NCBI RefSeq assembly: GCF_009834535.1
Contig: NC_045696.1
Location: 86,740,001 to 86,804,000 of the forward strand
Reading direction: 5' to 3'
From: Camelus ferus
Taxonomy: Eukaryota
DNA length: 64,000 bases
In this document: in pieces, positions 1-14,239 of the stretch
How positions within the stretch are numbered: the first letter of the stretch is position 1
Layout: every line of letters starts with the position of its first letter
Notes under the pieces: model-generated
What the model was told of the DNA's origin: nothing
The model's database searches: none
The model's input: the letters and a program-made list of their open reading frames with translations, nothing else
Program-made: the position numbers and the translations under genes

Positions 1-1964
1 GGAAATCACACTTGATGAGCTGTGAGTAACATTAATCGAAATAAATTTCATAATAAAGTTAAGTTTTATTTTTGGAAATGTGGTTTTGTGTCTGTATATA
101 TTATGGTGTATATTCGAAGTAGATTACAATATATATGAAAATGTCTTACTATTTCAAAGCTATTGTTCTAGGGTCTAGGGTTTGTGTTGTTAATTCCCAT
201 CAAAGTATTTTCTAAAAATCTATTGGCATGTATTGAGAACTAAGCCCCTTGCAAAAAGCTAGAAGCATAAAAAAGCTGTATTCTCTGTGAAGCCAGATCT
301 AGATAAACCTCTTTCTGGCCCAACAAGGCAGAAGTATACTTTTTCATTCATCTAGTCTTAGGTAGTGAAAAAAATCACCAAAAAAACCCTTCAAACACAA
401 ACTTACATTATGAAAATGCATGAGAGGTTCTAAATTTATGCTACATGGTTATATAAGAACCCCAGCCATAGCAATACACATGTAATAGATTTGGTCTTGA
501 AAGCTTCACTGTAAAAGCAAACTCAGATCTACTGTAGGCGTATATCAATAAGAACCTAACCGAACCCACCCCCTCCAAATTGGTTTAAAATAAAGAAGTT
601 ATAATGATATATTAAATTATTTTAAAAGTAACTCAATATAAAAAGCCAAAATAATTAGCATAGTAAGTAGAGAACCTAGAACATTCTAAATATTATAAAA
701 TATATATATATATAAAAATGAAGAAAAAATTTAAAAAGAGAAAGACACCTTTACAAAAAAATGAACAATATAAATAAGGTCAGTAGGTTTAACATTGAAA
801 GTAGGTGTATTACTTTATCTTCAAATTTAGGTAGGTTGAAGTGCTAGATACTTAACAACCAAAGTCAGCAAACCAGAACTTAGAAGTTATTCTGGTATGA
901 ATAAAAGAAACTGGATGAATATTTTTGTTCCACATTTAGTAGGTATGGAACCCTGGGTGATTTACTTTACCTTCTACAGCCCACATTTCTCTTTTATTAA
1001 TAATACCCCTAGAGTTGTTATACGAATATTTACTGTTAAAAACCAAAACAAACCAAAAACCAACAAACAAACAAAACCCCAAATCAAACACATAATAGTA
1101 CCTGGAACAGATCTTAGCTATAAATATTATTATTAATATTATCATCATCATTTAATTTTTCAAGGAATTGAATTCTGATGCATACAGAGATATCACTATT
1201 TACTTAGAGAAAGTAAATTCTTCTGCATTGTTGTTTTCTTTGACTTTTAAGATAAGATTTCTTGAGAGATTATCTGAAACTAATTTACACCTACTACAAA
1301 AAAAGCATCTGGATTATTGGTAACATAAATTATAGCCAAACGGAATAAACACAGCTAGCCAGACACAAAAGATTTACTTATTCTGTTTTTATTAGTTCTA
1401 AATCAACTGTTCAAAAAGGGTAGTCTGGGGAATTGAAAATAAAATAGCTTTATATTCACTTGTCTGTAACATAGATATTGATAAACATAAATCAAAAGGT
1501 AGCATAAGGATAAAATGTGAGTATGAATATAAAATTGAAACCTTCACAGATATTGAATAGTTTACTAAAACTAAAATAGTTTACTAAAACTAAAAGTTAC
1601 TTCTTTTCAATCTTAGTGGGTCTATGTTTATTCTAACAATCTATGAAAGTCTATGTAAAAAATATTTCCCCTTGTAAAATTAGTCAATTTTTTAGTACTT
1701 ATTCAAATGTTTTAAGAGGAATTCAAATAGCTTCTTTCATTTTCTAATCAGGATACATTAACAAAGATTCAGCTTTTACGATCCACAGTTTAAAGACAGA
1801 TCTGACATATCTCCTGTTTCTATCAGAGCTTAAAATTTATTTTGAATGACTCGTATCTTTATTTTAGACTCTCTGGGATATTTTATTTCTTTCTTTCCCT
1901 CTTGCCTGTTACTTCTTATAATTCCTTAAAATGTTTTACATTATCAAAAAGTAAAATTTACTTT

Positions 1965-2390
1965 TTCAGAGAGTTTTTCTATAACAAATTTTAACACATT
2001 CATCCATTCATGTTAGAACCACTACAATCAGGATGCAGAGCAATTCCATCACAACGAATAACTCCATCATGCTATTCCTGTATAGTCTACACACTCCCTT
2101 CAACTCCACCTACTGGCAGCCACTGTTCTGAGGTCTATCATTATTATTTGGTCATTTTGAGAACGTCATAAAAGAGAATCATAAAGTATGTAGCTTTTGA
2201 GACTGGCTTCTTATATTCAGTGTAATTCCTTTGAGATTGTCCAAATTGTTGGGTGTGTCAATAGTTTATTCCTTTAAAAATATATAGAGAGTAGTATTCT
2301 TTTGTTAGGATGTACCAGAGTTTATTTATCCATTCACCCAATGAGGGAGGTTTGGGTTATTTCCTATTAGGGGAAATTATGAATAGATCT
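1965..2390 (-). mobile_element. Old LINE-1 (L1MC/L1ME-type) 3' end fragment
   Basis: Antisense L1M 3' UTR motifs: accactacaatcaggatgcagagcaattccatcac, gagactggcttcttatattcagtgtaat, tttatttatccattcaccca...tttgggttatttcc. Confidence 0.8.
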
Positions 2391-4784
2391 AGAGAACAAG
2401 GTCTGAGAGATTGCTGCTGCTACTAACTTTGTTCCCTGCTTGACCAAATCCCATGCTTTGCAGTGTTATCTGAAATGAAAGAGAATAGGTGTATTCATCT
2501 TTGCTGTTCAAATAATTTGAAAAAGTATTGATGTACTGCTATGTACATCAACCTTGGAAAAGCCAAGCAGCCATTGAAATAAAATGCACCATAGGTGAAG
2601 GGCCATTCCTTCAGGGCCTGAATCATCAAAAGGAAATGCAGTTTTAGGCAAAATACATGGTTAATACTATGGGTTTTGCCCTAGGCTAATTGTAGCATTG
2701 TGGGTACGAAGGCCCACGATAACATAACCTGGAAGAACTCAATTCTAAATATGAAAAACCCACATGTGATTTAGTATGGCGGAAAGTAGTAATCTCTGTC
2801 ACAATTGGAGGAATCACTGAGAAACCAAGGACCAATGTTGTATTTGAAAATGAATTTCAAGTTAATATTTTTACTCTAAATGATACATCTTCCAATTGCA
2901 AATGTTGTTAATATTTGAACAACTTTTGAATGTTGCAGCAATTAATAGTGGGATCCTTTAGCAAATATTCTATCATAAATTCTATGAAAAGGAAAAAATG
3001 TTACACTTTACTAGTTTTGCAATTGCTGTGGTGCTTAAGAGCTAATGCTATATTCGTACTAGCTTGCTTGACCTGCTAAAAAGCATTTTCAGACTAATGA
3101 TCTGAAGAGTAAACATGTCTGTATAAAATCATTAGTTTCTTACTGCAAAATAAAAGATTATTTTCTTTGGCAATTAGAATATTTGGGATTATATTATAAA
3201 ATGAGTAAAATAATTTTCTGATTTTTTAATATTACAAAACATTGGGAAGTATTTCATGCCCTACAAACTGAATTCTGATGATTATTTTTGTAGCTTAATA
3301 CTAAATCTTCCAAGTTGCTTGCAACACTTTATGCTTTTCTTATAGTTATATGAGAAGAATGCAGAGGGACATTTAGTTTCTCTACACTGAATCCTTTCCA
3401 GGAATTTGGTGCAATTAAGTTATAAATTCATATCTCATGGTAACTCATAGAAATATGTTTTTACTCATAGTAATATAGTTTATACTGGAGGATATAACAA
3501 AGTGAATATAAATCATTTTATATTTATCAACAACTTTTTCATTATACTAGGTGAAAAGTAAAAATAATAAGAATTATAAGACTAAATACAGTTTCTCATT
3601 TTTGTATTCAGTCCTTGTATGACGATCATTGGTAACTGCACAGAAATATATAAATGAACCAACTAGCGTTTTAGGGCAAAACATGGTTATACAAATGTTA
3701 ATTATAGTATCAGAATTTTTCTCTAAACTTCAATGTGTTAATTTAGGCATATATTGAGAAGTGTTTAATCACACATGGCCAAGGAATATTTAATTGGAAT
3801 CTTCTGTGAATCACCATAACTAAAATTATTAAAAACTTATATGAGGCAATCCTGCTCCAAATATCTTGAAGATAAAATTATCTAAAATAGCTCTGGACTC
3901 TTGGATGTTATCACCTGTTCTCACCAAATCCCAATCAGCTACTGGAATAAAGTAGCCACAGAGAGTCAGATTATGCTTGATGTTCATTATCCTAATCCTA
4001 CTATCAGAGGCAGAGGTGAAATTTATTTGGGTTTTTGACTAGCAGCTGGTGCCAGGTTTCAGCAGTCACCATAATCTCAGGAATTATATTCAGAGTTGCT
4101 ATTCTACCTGAAAGAACTAGGTGAGGAGAGAATAGGCTAGCAAGTCTGATAGGTCAGCCTCAAACATATTGAGTGGGAAGACCAGGAATTGAGTTCAGAT
4201 GATAAAGTTAAATGCAGGAATCAGGCTCAATTTCTAAAAATGTAAAAAATCCTACAAAAACTATGGAACAATATTTTTCTAGCAAATTTGAAGGACTCCT
4301 GCATTGCCCTCAACAGCTGCCATTTTGTTGTCGCTCCACCATTAATAAATATATAGATAAGAAATACAAATATATATTTATATATTCATTCAGAAAACAC
4401 ATTCCTATGTGGACTTGATTCTTGGAGAAAAAAGAATTCAGGTTAAGTGTAGATGAGGATACTGAGTAACTAGAAGGCATTGACTATTGAACAAAAGTAG
4501 TATGAAACAGAATATATAAAGAAATGATTGATGCATTAATAGTAATCCAGAAAAAAGTGATGTTTAAGCATATTCCTCTGTTTATTCATCTAATAAATAT
4601 TTATTCAGAATCTACTTTGTTAGGCACAAAGAAAGGGTCCATTTACTCAAGGAACAAAGCCACTAGTGGAAGACCTGTATTTATGGTCTTCTATGGCTGA
4701 ACTTCTATTGAAATAATATTATGTTGAAACATGTAGAGTTACACTGTATTATATTAGAAGAGAGTCTTTAAATATAGGGAAGGA

Positions 4785-6330
4785 AAAAACTTCTGTTTCT
4801 GGCTATGATGGAGAAGTTGGAATAAATCTAACCTTCCTACCAAGAGCAAATGTAAAATCTAGATTAAAATATCAAAACAAAACAAACGCCTACAGATGTT
4901 TAAAGGCATTGTGAACAACCAAGGTATCCAGGACTTGAGAGGCAACGAGAAATGAAGTCCACTGAAGTTATTTCTATGTTTCCTCAAGCACATTTTAAAA
5001 AAATACAGTAGAGAAGATTAAACAAATGCCACAGTCTCGTATGACTGGGAGACAAAAATACACAGTAGCCAGTACTTGAGGGGTCAAGATTTTAGAGAAA
5101 GGGCAATCATAGAGAAGATCATGGATATTCTGTCCAGTGTTATCCTCCAAAGCAGTTTTTGCTGCCTAAACTGACTTGGTGCTTGGTGCTGGGCATAGTA
5201 ACCAAGCAAGAATGAGATATAAATAAAGTTCACACTTTAATGGTACTGTTATGAAACAAACACACACCTGGATTTTACGGTTGAACAAGAACTCTGTTAG
5301 ATATATATTTAGTTAGCACTCTTTAAAGAGATATAATCAAGGAAGGGCATGCCTTTACCAGAATAAGGTAATCTGCCCTTACTTTATCTTATGACTAGAA
5401 TTTTAAAATAATCTTAGTGGAAATCTTTGCATAATCCAGAGCCTCTCCAATTCTTCCTAATAATGTAAGTAATCAATTTTACCAGATATGCAAGAAAAAT
5501 TAAACCATTATTTGAGAACCAAAAAAATTACACTTAATAGAAATCAAGCCTTAAGTGAGCTAGATATAGGAGTTTTAATACAGAAGTTATAAAACCACTA
5601 TGAATAAAATATTAAGAAATTAGATAATATAGAATATTGCCAGAAAATAAAACATATGGGAAGATTAAAATAGACATGCTAAAACTGAAAAACACTGAAA
5701 CTGGCAATTCAGTAAATGATATTAGCAACATAATCAACAAACCAAAACTAAACAGAGAATTAGTGATCTGTAAAATGTGACACTGAAAAATTCAGACTGA
5801 AGCACAGTGAGAGAAAGACAGGAAAAATATAGAATAAAGCATGAGAGACTCACAGAAAATAATAGTGTTCAAATATATATGTGAGGAGATAGAAAATAAA
5901 GCAGAAGCAATATTAGGACAGATAGCAGATGAGAATTTTTCAAGCATGATGAAAGGCATTACGCTCATGAAGTTTAATGAGACTCAAGTAGTAGGAAAAG
6001 AAGGAACAGTTAAACAAAGCATAGAAATATTGTTGGAAAAAAAGATAAAGAAAAAGGGAGAGCACCAGGGATTTTGGGGGGAGAGATGGAACTGTTTTGT
6101 ATACTGACAGTGGTGTTGGTTACATGTGCTAAAATATATAGTACTGCATACCAAAAAATAAAAAAGTCAGTATTATGGTATGTTAAGCTAAAACACAAAA
6201 TATAAAACACGTGAAGAAATACAGCACATTATTTTCAGTGTAACAATAATAAAATTGAAAGCAACAGTACGTTTTCTCAATAGAAATGATGGATCCTAAT
6301 ATAGAAGAAAATGGCATCTTAAAAAATAAT
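4785..6330 (+). mobile_element. Old L1M 5' UTR/ORF1 remnant
   Basis: 5'-end-like start acttctgtttctggctatgatggag; A-rich decayed ORF1 with GQIADENFSSMMK (ORF 5841..6107), resembling the L1 ORF1 IMAENFP motif. Confidence 0.65.
6055..6200 (+). mobile_element. Short L1ME-type 3' end inserted in the L1 ORF1 remnant
   Basis: ggattttgggggagagatggaactgttttgtatactgacagtggtgttggttacatg...gtactgcatacc resembles the L1M 3' terminus. Confidence 0.55.
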
Positions 6331-6344
6331 ATCCCACAGTTATT

Positions 6345-7200
6345 GAATGTTATGTACTGATTGTTTTATTTTCTTTTTTCCCCTCTCTGCATTTCAATTT
6401 TTGAGATTTCTATTGATATTTATTCAACTTCACTGATTTTTTCCTTTGTTGTGTATAGTCTAGTGATCAGCCCTTCAAAGGAATTCTTCATTTCGATTAC
6501 AGCATTTTTTATTGCTAGCACTTCCTTTCAAGTTTTTTTCCTGAGCATTTCCGTATCTATAGTTACTTTACACTCTGTTCTTGCATGTTGTTTATTTTTT
6601 TCCATTATAGCCTTAACATATTAATCATAGTTATTTTAACTTCCCTTTCTAATAATTCCAACATCTGCCTCATATCTCAGTCAGGCTCTGATAATTATTT
6701 TGACTCTTCACAGTGAATTTTTTTCTTGCCTATTTCATGCTTTAAAAATTTTTATTAGAAGGCCAACATATCATATTGGGTAGTAGGGACTGAGATAAAT
6801 AGACTTTTAGTGAAAGCATTTATGTTAACTTGACTAGGAATTGAGATGTGTTTAGTATTTTCTATAGGTATATGTGCCATGGCATCAAATTCTGCTTGTG
6901 CCTTTGTTTTTTGTTTTTTGTTTTTTTGACTTTGGATCTTTCCTATGTACTACTTTGTCACAGAGGGTCTGTCTTGCAACTCTTTTAGTTGTAATCCACT
7001 GTTACAATGAAGGCTTGTTGGTATGGTGGTAAGATGTGAGGAGGAAGAAATGTATATTCAACTGATCACATCTCAGTATTTTCATGGGTCTGTGTCTCAG
7101 GGGTGTGGCACTTTCTTTCCCTCTTCCAGAACTATAGCTTTTCTTACCTCCTGCATTCAACTCCTTTCCTATGCTGCATCATTCCTAATCTATTTTCTAA
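6345..7200 (-). mobile_element. Old L1M 5' UTR/ORF1 fragment
   Basis: T-rich antisense L1 motifs: tcaacttcactgatttttt, ttaatcatagttattttaacttcc, aattccaacatctgcctcatatctcagtc. Confidence 0.7.
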
Positions 7201-8691
7201 AGGGTATTTTCTCAGAACAGTATAATTACATTGGAAATTATTGTAGATCTATTATACTTCATAAAGAAAATATTTAAGTTTAAAAAAATAAAAAAGGTGA
7301 AAATCAACGATAAAAGCATTACCTCAAAAAAGTCAAATCCAAACACAACAGAAAGTAGGATCTAAAAATGAAATATAAGAAATAAATGAAAAGTGGGGAA
7401 ACTATACAATACGGCTAGATAAAGAGACAGATTGATAGGTAGATGCTAGATAGATCGATACAGACATTTGTTCCCTTAAGGTTCCAATGCAGAACACTGT
7501 TGGAAAAATATACATGGAAAGTAGTAATTATAATTTCAGATAAGTATATTTTATGTAATATTGTTTCTTCTAGTCATGAATTTAAAAACATACAAAATTC
7601 TGCATTTGCTTAGATAAAATATTCATTAAATAAGAATTTAAAAAGGAAATATCAAACATCTTTTTGGGATTTATGAAAAAATATGTACACAATACAGAAT
7701 ACATTGTTTTTGATGACTCAAAAGTTTTAGCATTGTAAGTAAGCTGCCTCAGTTCTATATGCATACTTACATGCACAATTATGAATATTTGAATTCATAA
7801 TTCAGTAATTCAACTTGAATTAACTTTTACTCTTTAGAATAAATCTTTAAGACTTTAAATTGTATTAATTAAATCAGTGGGTTTTAAATCAATTACTTAT
7901 GAAATGATTTTGGTCAAATATTTTTTAAAGATTAAAACATCTTTCCAAAATATATAAGAAGAAAAATTTGTTTTACTGCTTAAGAATTTTAAAAAAGAAT
8001 TAAAAAGAACTTAAAAATTGCTATTTTAAATGGAAACTATTTTTTAAAAATATTCTATATGGAGATTCAGCAAGGAAAAATAATTAGAATAAATACATAT
8101 GTGATGAAAACTTTAAAAACAGATGGTAAAAAATGAAGTCCTACATGTCATGATGGAATGGTATTTGTAGGATTATTCATGTCTAAGTTTAAAGCAACTT
8201 CCCATAACCTTCAGAAATAGATAGCTTTAAAGTCCACCTATTTCTTAAAAAAAAAAAAAACAACACAAATCTCAACCAAGAATAAGTAAAATATTAACAT
8301 TATTAATGCCTTAGTAATAATTATCTAATTAGGCTTTTTATTCTCAAGAGAGTATTACTTATCTTTGACACAATAGGGATAAAAAATAAAATAAGTTTAT
8401 TTTTGGCCCTTGTTGCTAACCTTTTATTGAAACTCAGTAAGCTCTCTCTAGTTCTTTCTCTAGTTTCTGTGAAGGTATATTTATAGCAAATAGTCCACAG
8501 ATTTTTCAAACTGAGTCATGTTAATAACTCATGGAAAAATGACTGAAATTTTATGTTAACATGTTAGTATTTTTAAAATATTATCTTTCAGAAGAATACA
8601 TTTGAATAATTCAATGGCTCATCCATGTCTAGGTTTTAGTTTTTCTGACTGAGTTATATGAAAACTCTTTTCTGAAGTTTTCTGTAGAAAC

Positions 8692-8831
8692 AAGCATGGA
8701 AACTGTAGCCTGTCTTTTTCAATTGTTAAACAAATTTAGTACAGACAGAAAATTATTTCTAAAGCATGGAAACTGTAGCCTGTCTTTTTCAATTGTTAAA
8801 CAAATTTAGTACAGACAGAAAATTATTTATA
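8692..8831. repeat. 70-bp tandem duplication (2 copies, 1 mismatch)
   Basis: 8692-8761 and 8762-8831 are identical except C8759 versus A8829. Confidence 0.97.
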
Positions 8832-10894
8832 AAGTATATCTCTATTTGAAAAGTACTTATAATTGTATTAGCTTTCCAATGCTTTCAAGAAGATTTATAA
8901 AAGTAACTTAGATGGAAGTAAATATGTATATTAATGTTGGCATGAAGTAGAGAACACATATCTACATCTGGTATTATTTTGATTTGGCATTTCAACTTGT
9001 ATCAATTCTTAGAAGTTGAGAACATCAGAATAGCCACCTGCTGGTAAAAATAGGACCTGTGGACATGACTTTATTTCTTCTGTTATTTAATGAATTTATT
9101 AACTGAAAAATCCAAATTATTCAGAGTTGTATTAATGCAACAGCACCAATAAAGTAAAAGATACTGAGAAAATAAAATGGGATGCCTAAGTATACACTAA
9201 TTTTTTTCCTAATTTTTAAGGGCATTAACATTTTCCTTTCCTATTTACAAAAACTACATTTCTGATACTATATGTAAATTTATGTGTCAGCACAGTCCTA
9301 AGTAGGCAAGTTCCTTCAAGTCAGTATATTATAAATTTTGTGATAATACTGATAATAGGTAAATAAAAACTTCCATGTTTGTGTTCAAATTTTCTAGCTG
9401 TCATCTCAGTCTAGAGTTTGATAATTGCAAATTTGTATAAAAATTGGTGATACTTTTATTTGAAATGTTAAATTAATGTTCATTGTTGAAAATGTTTATT
9501 TTTGACAGTTTAATACCAGCACATCTGTTAGCAAAATACTCTTTTCTTTGTAGAAGTCTTTGCATCACCATGATTTCTGAACTGGACAGCAGTATTTATT
9601 TTGTTGTTATTTGTTTTTGTTTTTTTTTTTTTTGCAACAGATTAATAATCACTGGCAGAAATGCATTTTCTTTCACAACCTTCTGAACCCATGGTGCTAG
9701 TTTTATTTGAAATGATTTTTAAAATTCAAATTATTGGTTATTAACATTAATGAAGCACCTTAACATAAAGGAATAATGTATAGACACAATCTGAATCCCA
9801 TTAGGAAAAAAAGAGCATGTAAAAATGAAACATGATGTTAGTAGACTTTCACAATATTACTTCAGAGAATAGATGATTTGAATGGATTTCCTTGATAGAA
9901 TAGCACAGTTGAATTTTTTGGAGAAAACTATTTTTTTTCTGAGTTTAACAATTAGCTTGTGTGGAGAAGAGATGAACAAGTGTCAGACATTAATTTTAAT
10001 TGCTACTTATTTATGTATTTGATTTTTCCTTAAGAATAACCAAGTAAATGGTCAAAAAAGCAGAAGCAGTCAGTGATTGCATGTTGCATGTATTTTTAAG
10101 TATTCATTAAAGTATAATTGCTTTCAAAAACTGATGTTTTTATGAAACTGAAAACAGAACTTTAAAAAGTTAATTATGTGATAATTCTGGGGCCATATAA
10201 ATTTTAATAGACCAATAAAGGACTGAACTATTCATCATAAACCTTAACTATAAATGTTGCATCAAGAAATAAGAAATATATTTATTTCAAAAATATCTCT
10301 AGAGCTAAGTAAAATGATAGCAAGCCAAAAATTCATATTGCTATGACAAACCATTGTCATAGAAAGCATGAGGTCAGTGTACCAGAAAATGCCTGCAAGC
10401 TGCAATTCTGGATGCTCTTATTAGAAGAGTTACTGCAGGTGACATCTATTCCACACTCAAATGTCATAAAGACAATGTTGCAAAGGGAGAGTCAGCACTG
10501 GGTCAGCAGATACTGAAAAGTAGATTTAGAAGATGTCAGCATAAATATAGTAGTAAAACTCATGAGCATGAATGATGGTGCCCTCAAGAAGCATATAAAT
10601 AGATACACATTCAAGTGGAATTTTGAATGATCCCTGTGTGATTCCCTGAATAACCTGGGCAATACTAGTTTAATACAAACGTATTTTGTGAAACACTTTG
10701 TGAAAGTGTTGTAACTTTGTGAGAACTAAAACTTGTTATAAGCTATGGCCATATAAAACCTCACATAAAAAAACAAATATTTTAAGTTCATACAGACAAT
10801 AGAAATAAATTTGCTTGCAATTTTTGGTGGGAAATGAGTTTTCAAAATTCAAAATAAAAATTTTGTTTGTTCTTTATTTATATAATAGATATTT

Positions 10895-11085
10895 GTACAG
10901 TAGTTATCATATGATAGGCATTATTTTAACTGCTTTGTAGATATTACCTCATTTAATATATATAATTACAGATACAACTCATGTGTTAGGAATAAACTGA
11001 GAGATTTTGTAATTTATCCAAAGTCTCATAACTAATCAGAGAAAGTGCTGGGTTAAAAACTTACAGTCTTGCTACACTCTGCGGA
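10895..11085 (-). mobile_element. MIR SINE fragment
   Basis: aggaataaactgagagattttgtaatttatccaaagtctcataactaatcagagaaagtgctggg resembles the antisense MIR core. Confidence 0.65.
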
Positions 11086-11382
11086 AGAGCATAAATGATT
11101 ATGAAATTAATAGTATATGATGGTAAAACAAAGGTAAAAAAAAGTAGATACAGATTTATTCCAAAACAGTACTTGTAATGTTCTCCATAGAAAGAAGCAA
11201 GAAAAGAGGATGAATCTTTCATGAGCTTGAATGTAATCTTTCATAGCAGTTATAAGTCTTGGAATATAATTTTGTTGCTCTGGCACATGACATTGGAATA
11301 AAGTAGAAACAATAAACCACCATATTTGAAGTCCTGCAAATTTTCCCACAATAAAACTCAGTATGTTGGTAGACTTTTACTT

Positions 11383-11493
11383 TAGGTTAACCAATTCATC
11401 CCAGTTTGCCAAGGATATTTCAGGCTTGTGGCACTGAAAGCATCCTGAGAACTTCACAAATCCCACGCAAATAGGGCCAGTTCCATCACCCTC
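11383..11493. mobile_element. MER81-like hAT-Blackjack MITE
   Basis: About 110 bp with decayed TAGGGTGACC-type TIRs (taggttaacc...ccatcaccctc), and internal tcccagtttgcc and gcactgaaag. Confidence 0.7.
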
Positions 11494-11629
11494 TGTCTGC
11501 AGTCAAAGGGAACAGACAGTGTGTGCCAGTTTCTAGTAAAACAAAACATTACAAAGCCATCAAGATATTTGCATCTGTTACCAAACTTTCTAGATGTTTG
11601 TGTATATATTTTTATTTTAGAAACAAATT

Positions 11630-12300
11630 TGGTATGATCTCTACTATAGGACAGAATGGAGTAACTTGTGGATCCCCCAGAAAAAATAGAAAAGCTGTAT
11701 TAAGAAAATTTGTTTGAAGACATCAGAGAAATATCAAAGCCACTTGTAAGGAAGGGGCACATTTCTGGTGAGGGGATTATGGCAGAGGGCTGAAATGATA
11801 TTCTGAAGTAACTGTTTCCTCACAGGGGTACTTGTCATTCTGGGCCTAAGATATGTGACCTTGAATCTAAACTTTTTCTAAGCAAAGGGCCTCCCTAGGT
11901 TTAGGGAAATTAGAAAAGATACAGGTATTCTTTGGGAGCTAGAGTACAAAGCTGCAGGATGTGGGCCAAAATCCTGGTAAGAAGAAAGAGGTCGAAACTC
12001 AGTCTGACAGTTATCCCCCTTAACATATGTATATATTAATTACATAATAAAATATATATTAATATATATATATATATATATATATGTAAGTTATATAGAG
12101 TTTGGTCTTAAGAAACCAAGCAAAACCCTATGGAAGAAAGATCATAGCATTGCTGCAATCTCACCACGCTGAGGAAGAAAAGATTAGAGATCAGAGCCCT
12201 CTACCTCAGGGCCTGTATGGGTATACCTTACGAGCAGACTCATTAGAGATAGACACACCCTAACCAAATATAAGAAACCCATGGCAAAACGTCTTCCAAC
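11630..12300 (+). mobile_element. Old L1M 5' UTR fragment with (AT)n tract
   Basis: Resembles the L1 5' end at 4785 (cagaatggagtaact...aaaagctgtattaagaaaatttgtttgaagacatcagag); (AT)n at about 12062-12085. Confidence 0.45.
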
Positions 12301-12772
12301 AACCATTTTTGAAACAAAGCAATAAATGCTACATGCTGTGTCTATCAAGGGATGATACTACTTATATTTTGGGTCCAATAAAGACTCTAAATTTGCAATT
12401 TAGTCCAGAAGATAAAAATACTCTAATAATTTTTTTGCAGTTTACTTATAACTGAGGTGTACTTCTTTTCTTGTCTGGAGTTTAGATGATTTCCTAATTT
12501 ATAACAGCTATGTATGCAGGTGAATGTTAACTCTCCACATTGAATTCTAGTGTAAAATGCTAGAGAGTATTGTTACTCTTAGAACAACTCACATTTGGAA
12601 AAGCTCTCTTACTTTTCTTACTGTTACAGACGGGTATTGATTTTCTTTCAATGTCTCCGTGGGATTTACGTTTGAGTTGAAAATTGCGCTGTGTTGAATT
12701 TACACTGAGGTGATACCCAGTACTCCTTAGTTTGTGGACCAAAATTCTGTGCTCACTTACTTGCTAAAGTTC

Positions 12773-12855
12773 ATATACATATATATATAGAGAGAGAGAG
12801 AAAAGAGAGAGAGAGAGAGATTGAGAGAGAGAGGGGGAGGGAGAGAGAGAGAGAA
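12773..12855. repeat. Compound (TA)n(GA)n microsatellite
   Basis: Seen directly. Confidence 0.95.
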
Positions 12856-14239
12856 ATGAAAATAATTCCATTAGTCCAAAAAGCATTACTAGTCCCAAGT
12901 TACCTGAAGTCTCTATTTTTTAATGTGATGCTTGTAGTTTTTTTAAACTGTGTTGCAGAATAGTGTTTACCTTGTTAATTCAATTAAATAACTTTTTATG
13001 AGCAAATTCTATGTATCAGAAACTTTTAAGGAATGATTTCTGTTTGGAACAAAATCATTTGATGATCATTGCTTTGTTGTAAACCCTTCTACAATTTGAT
13101 GGCTGAAGATAGCATTGTTCCTTCATAATGCATGCTTTATTTTCTTCCTCTAACCCTTTCTGTCTCTTGCTTTTGAAATGTGTCACCTCTTCAAGGGTAT
13201 TGACACCCAGCTCCACTAGTTCCTAAGAAAATCAATATAGTCACTAAAACAAATGTTATGATGTAATATATCACTGCACTGTGAAAGACACCCAGAAAAC
13301 AACCAGATTCAATTGGTCTCAGAGAGAAAAATGGTTTGAAAACAAAAGTGAAACGAATTGCTTGTTACCTCATCATCGATGGTAAAATGAGCTCTTCAGT
13401 GTTCCCCACCTCAGGGCGCCAGGAGTTAATTCTCTTTCAAATGCGAAGTCAGAACTTGGATGAAAGCATCTGCCTGTGACACATATTAACCAGAGAGATA
13501 TTTCAGGAGTGACTTTCTGTTAAAAGTTCTGTGACAATTTAAGCACCAGAAATCAATAGCTTAGTGTCTTGGAGCAATTGCTGTAATTTTCTCTCTCTCT
13601 CTCTTAGAGATTGTTTTTAAAAACAACAGTTCATAACTAGAACAAGCACTGCTTGAATTGTAGTCAATATCAACTAAGAAGATTATTTACATCTCTATAA
13701 AACTATAGCTCATCACTCTAAGACCATTGATCTGTCAACAATCATCTTCTCTGGAATATCAACTATGTCTTTATAAACTTTTAAAATATAATTAGAATAC
13801 AATTCCCAGAAATATTTGGGAAACAAAAACCACCCTGGAAATTTTTTAATAATGGTTATAGTATTATTATATTAGCATAAACCCTTGAGGAAAGTTTCAA
13901 AATATATTTCTTAATATTTTAAAGTTACTTTGAGAACATCACATATTAGACCTTTTGCTTTTAAGATTTCTATTTGACTTCATGTTAAAATATAGAATTC
14001 AAAGAAAAAACTAGTTTTTAATCTTATACATGTCTCATCATCAACTGGGAGAATGTTTGCTAAACCCAAAACCATACCAGAATGCAAAAGTCATTCATTT
14101 TAAGTCCTTGTATTGTGGCATTTTCTAAACCATACAGAATGATACAATTTATGCCTATTAAATTGTTTTTAAATACATATGTAAGTAACTGTAAAATAAG
14201 GATACTTTGTTGCTATTTAACCTATCAGATTTAAAAAGT

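Noticed and set aside
8692..8831. 70-bp direct repeat as a CRISPR or LTR pair
   Set aside because: Copies are adjacent with no spacer; it is a simple tandem duplication.
12630..12709. Plus-strand coding exon after a good acceptor (ttacag)
   Set aside because: Stops in all three frames and a weak donor (gtgata).
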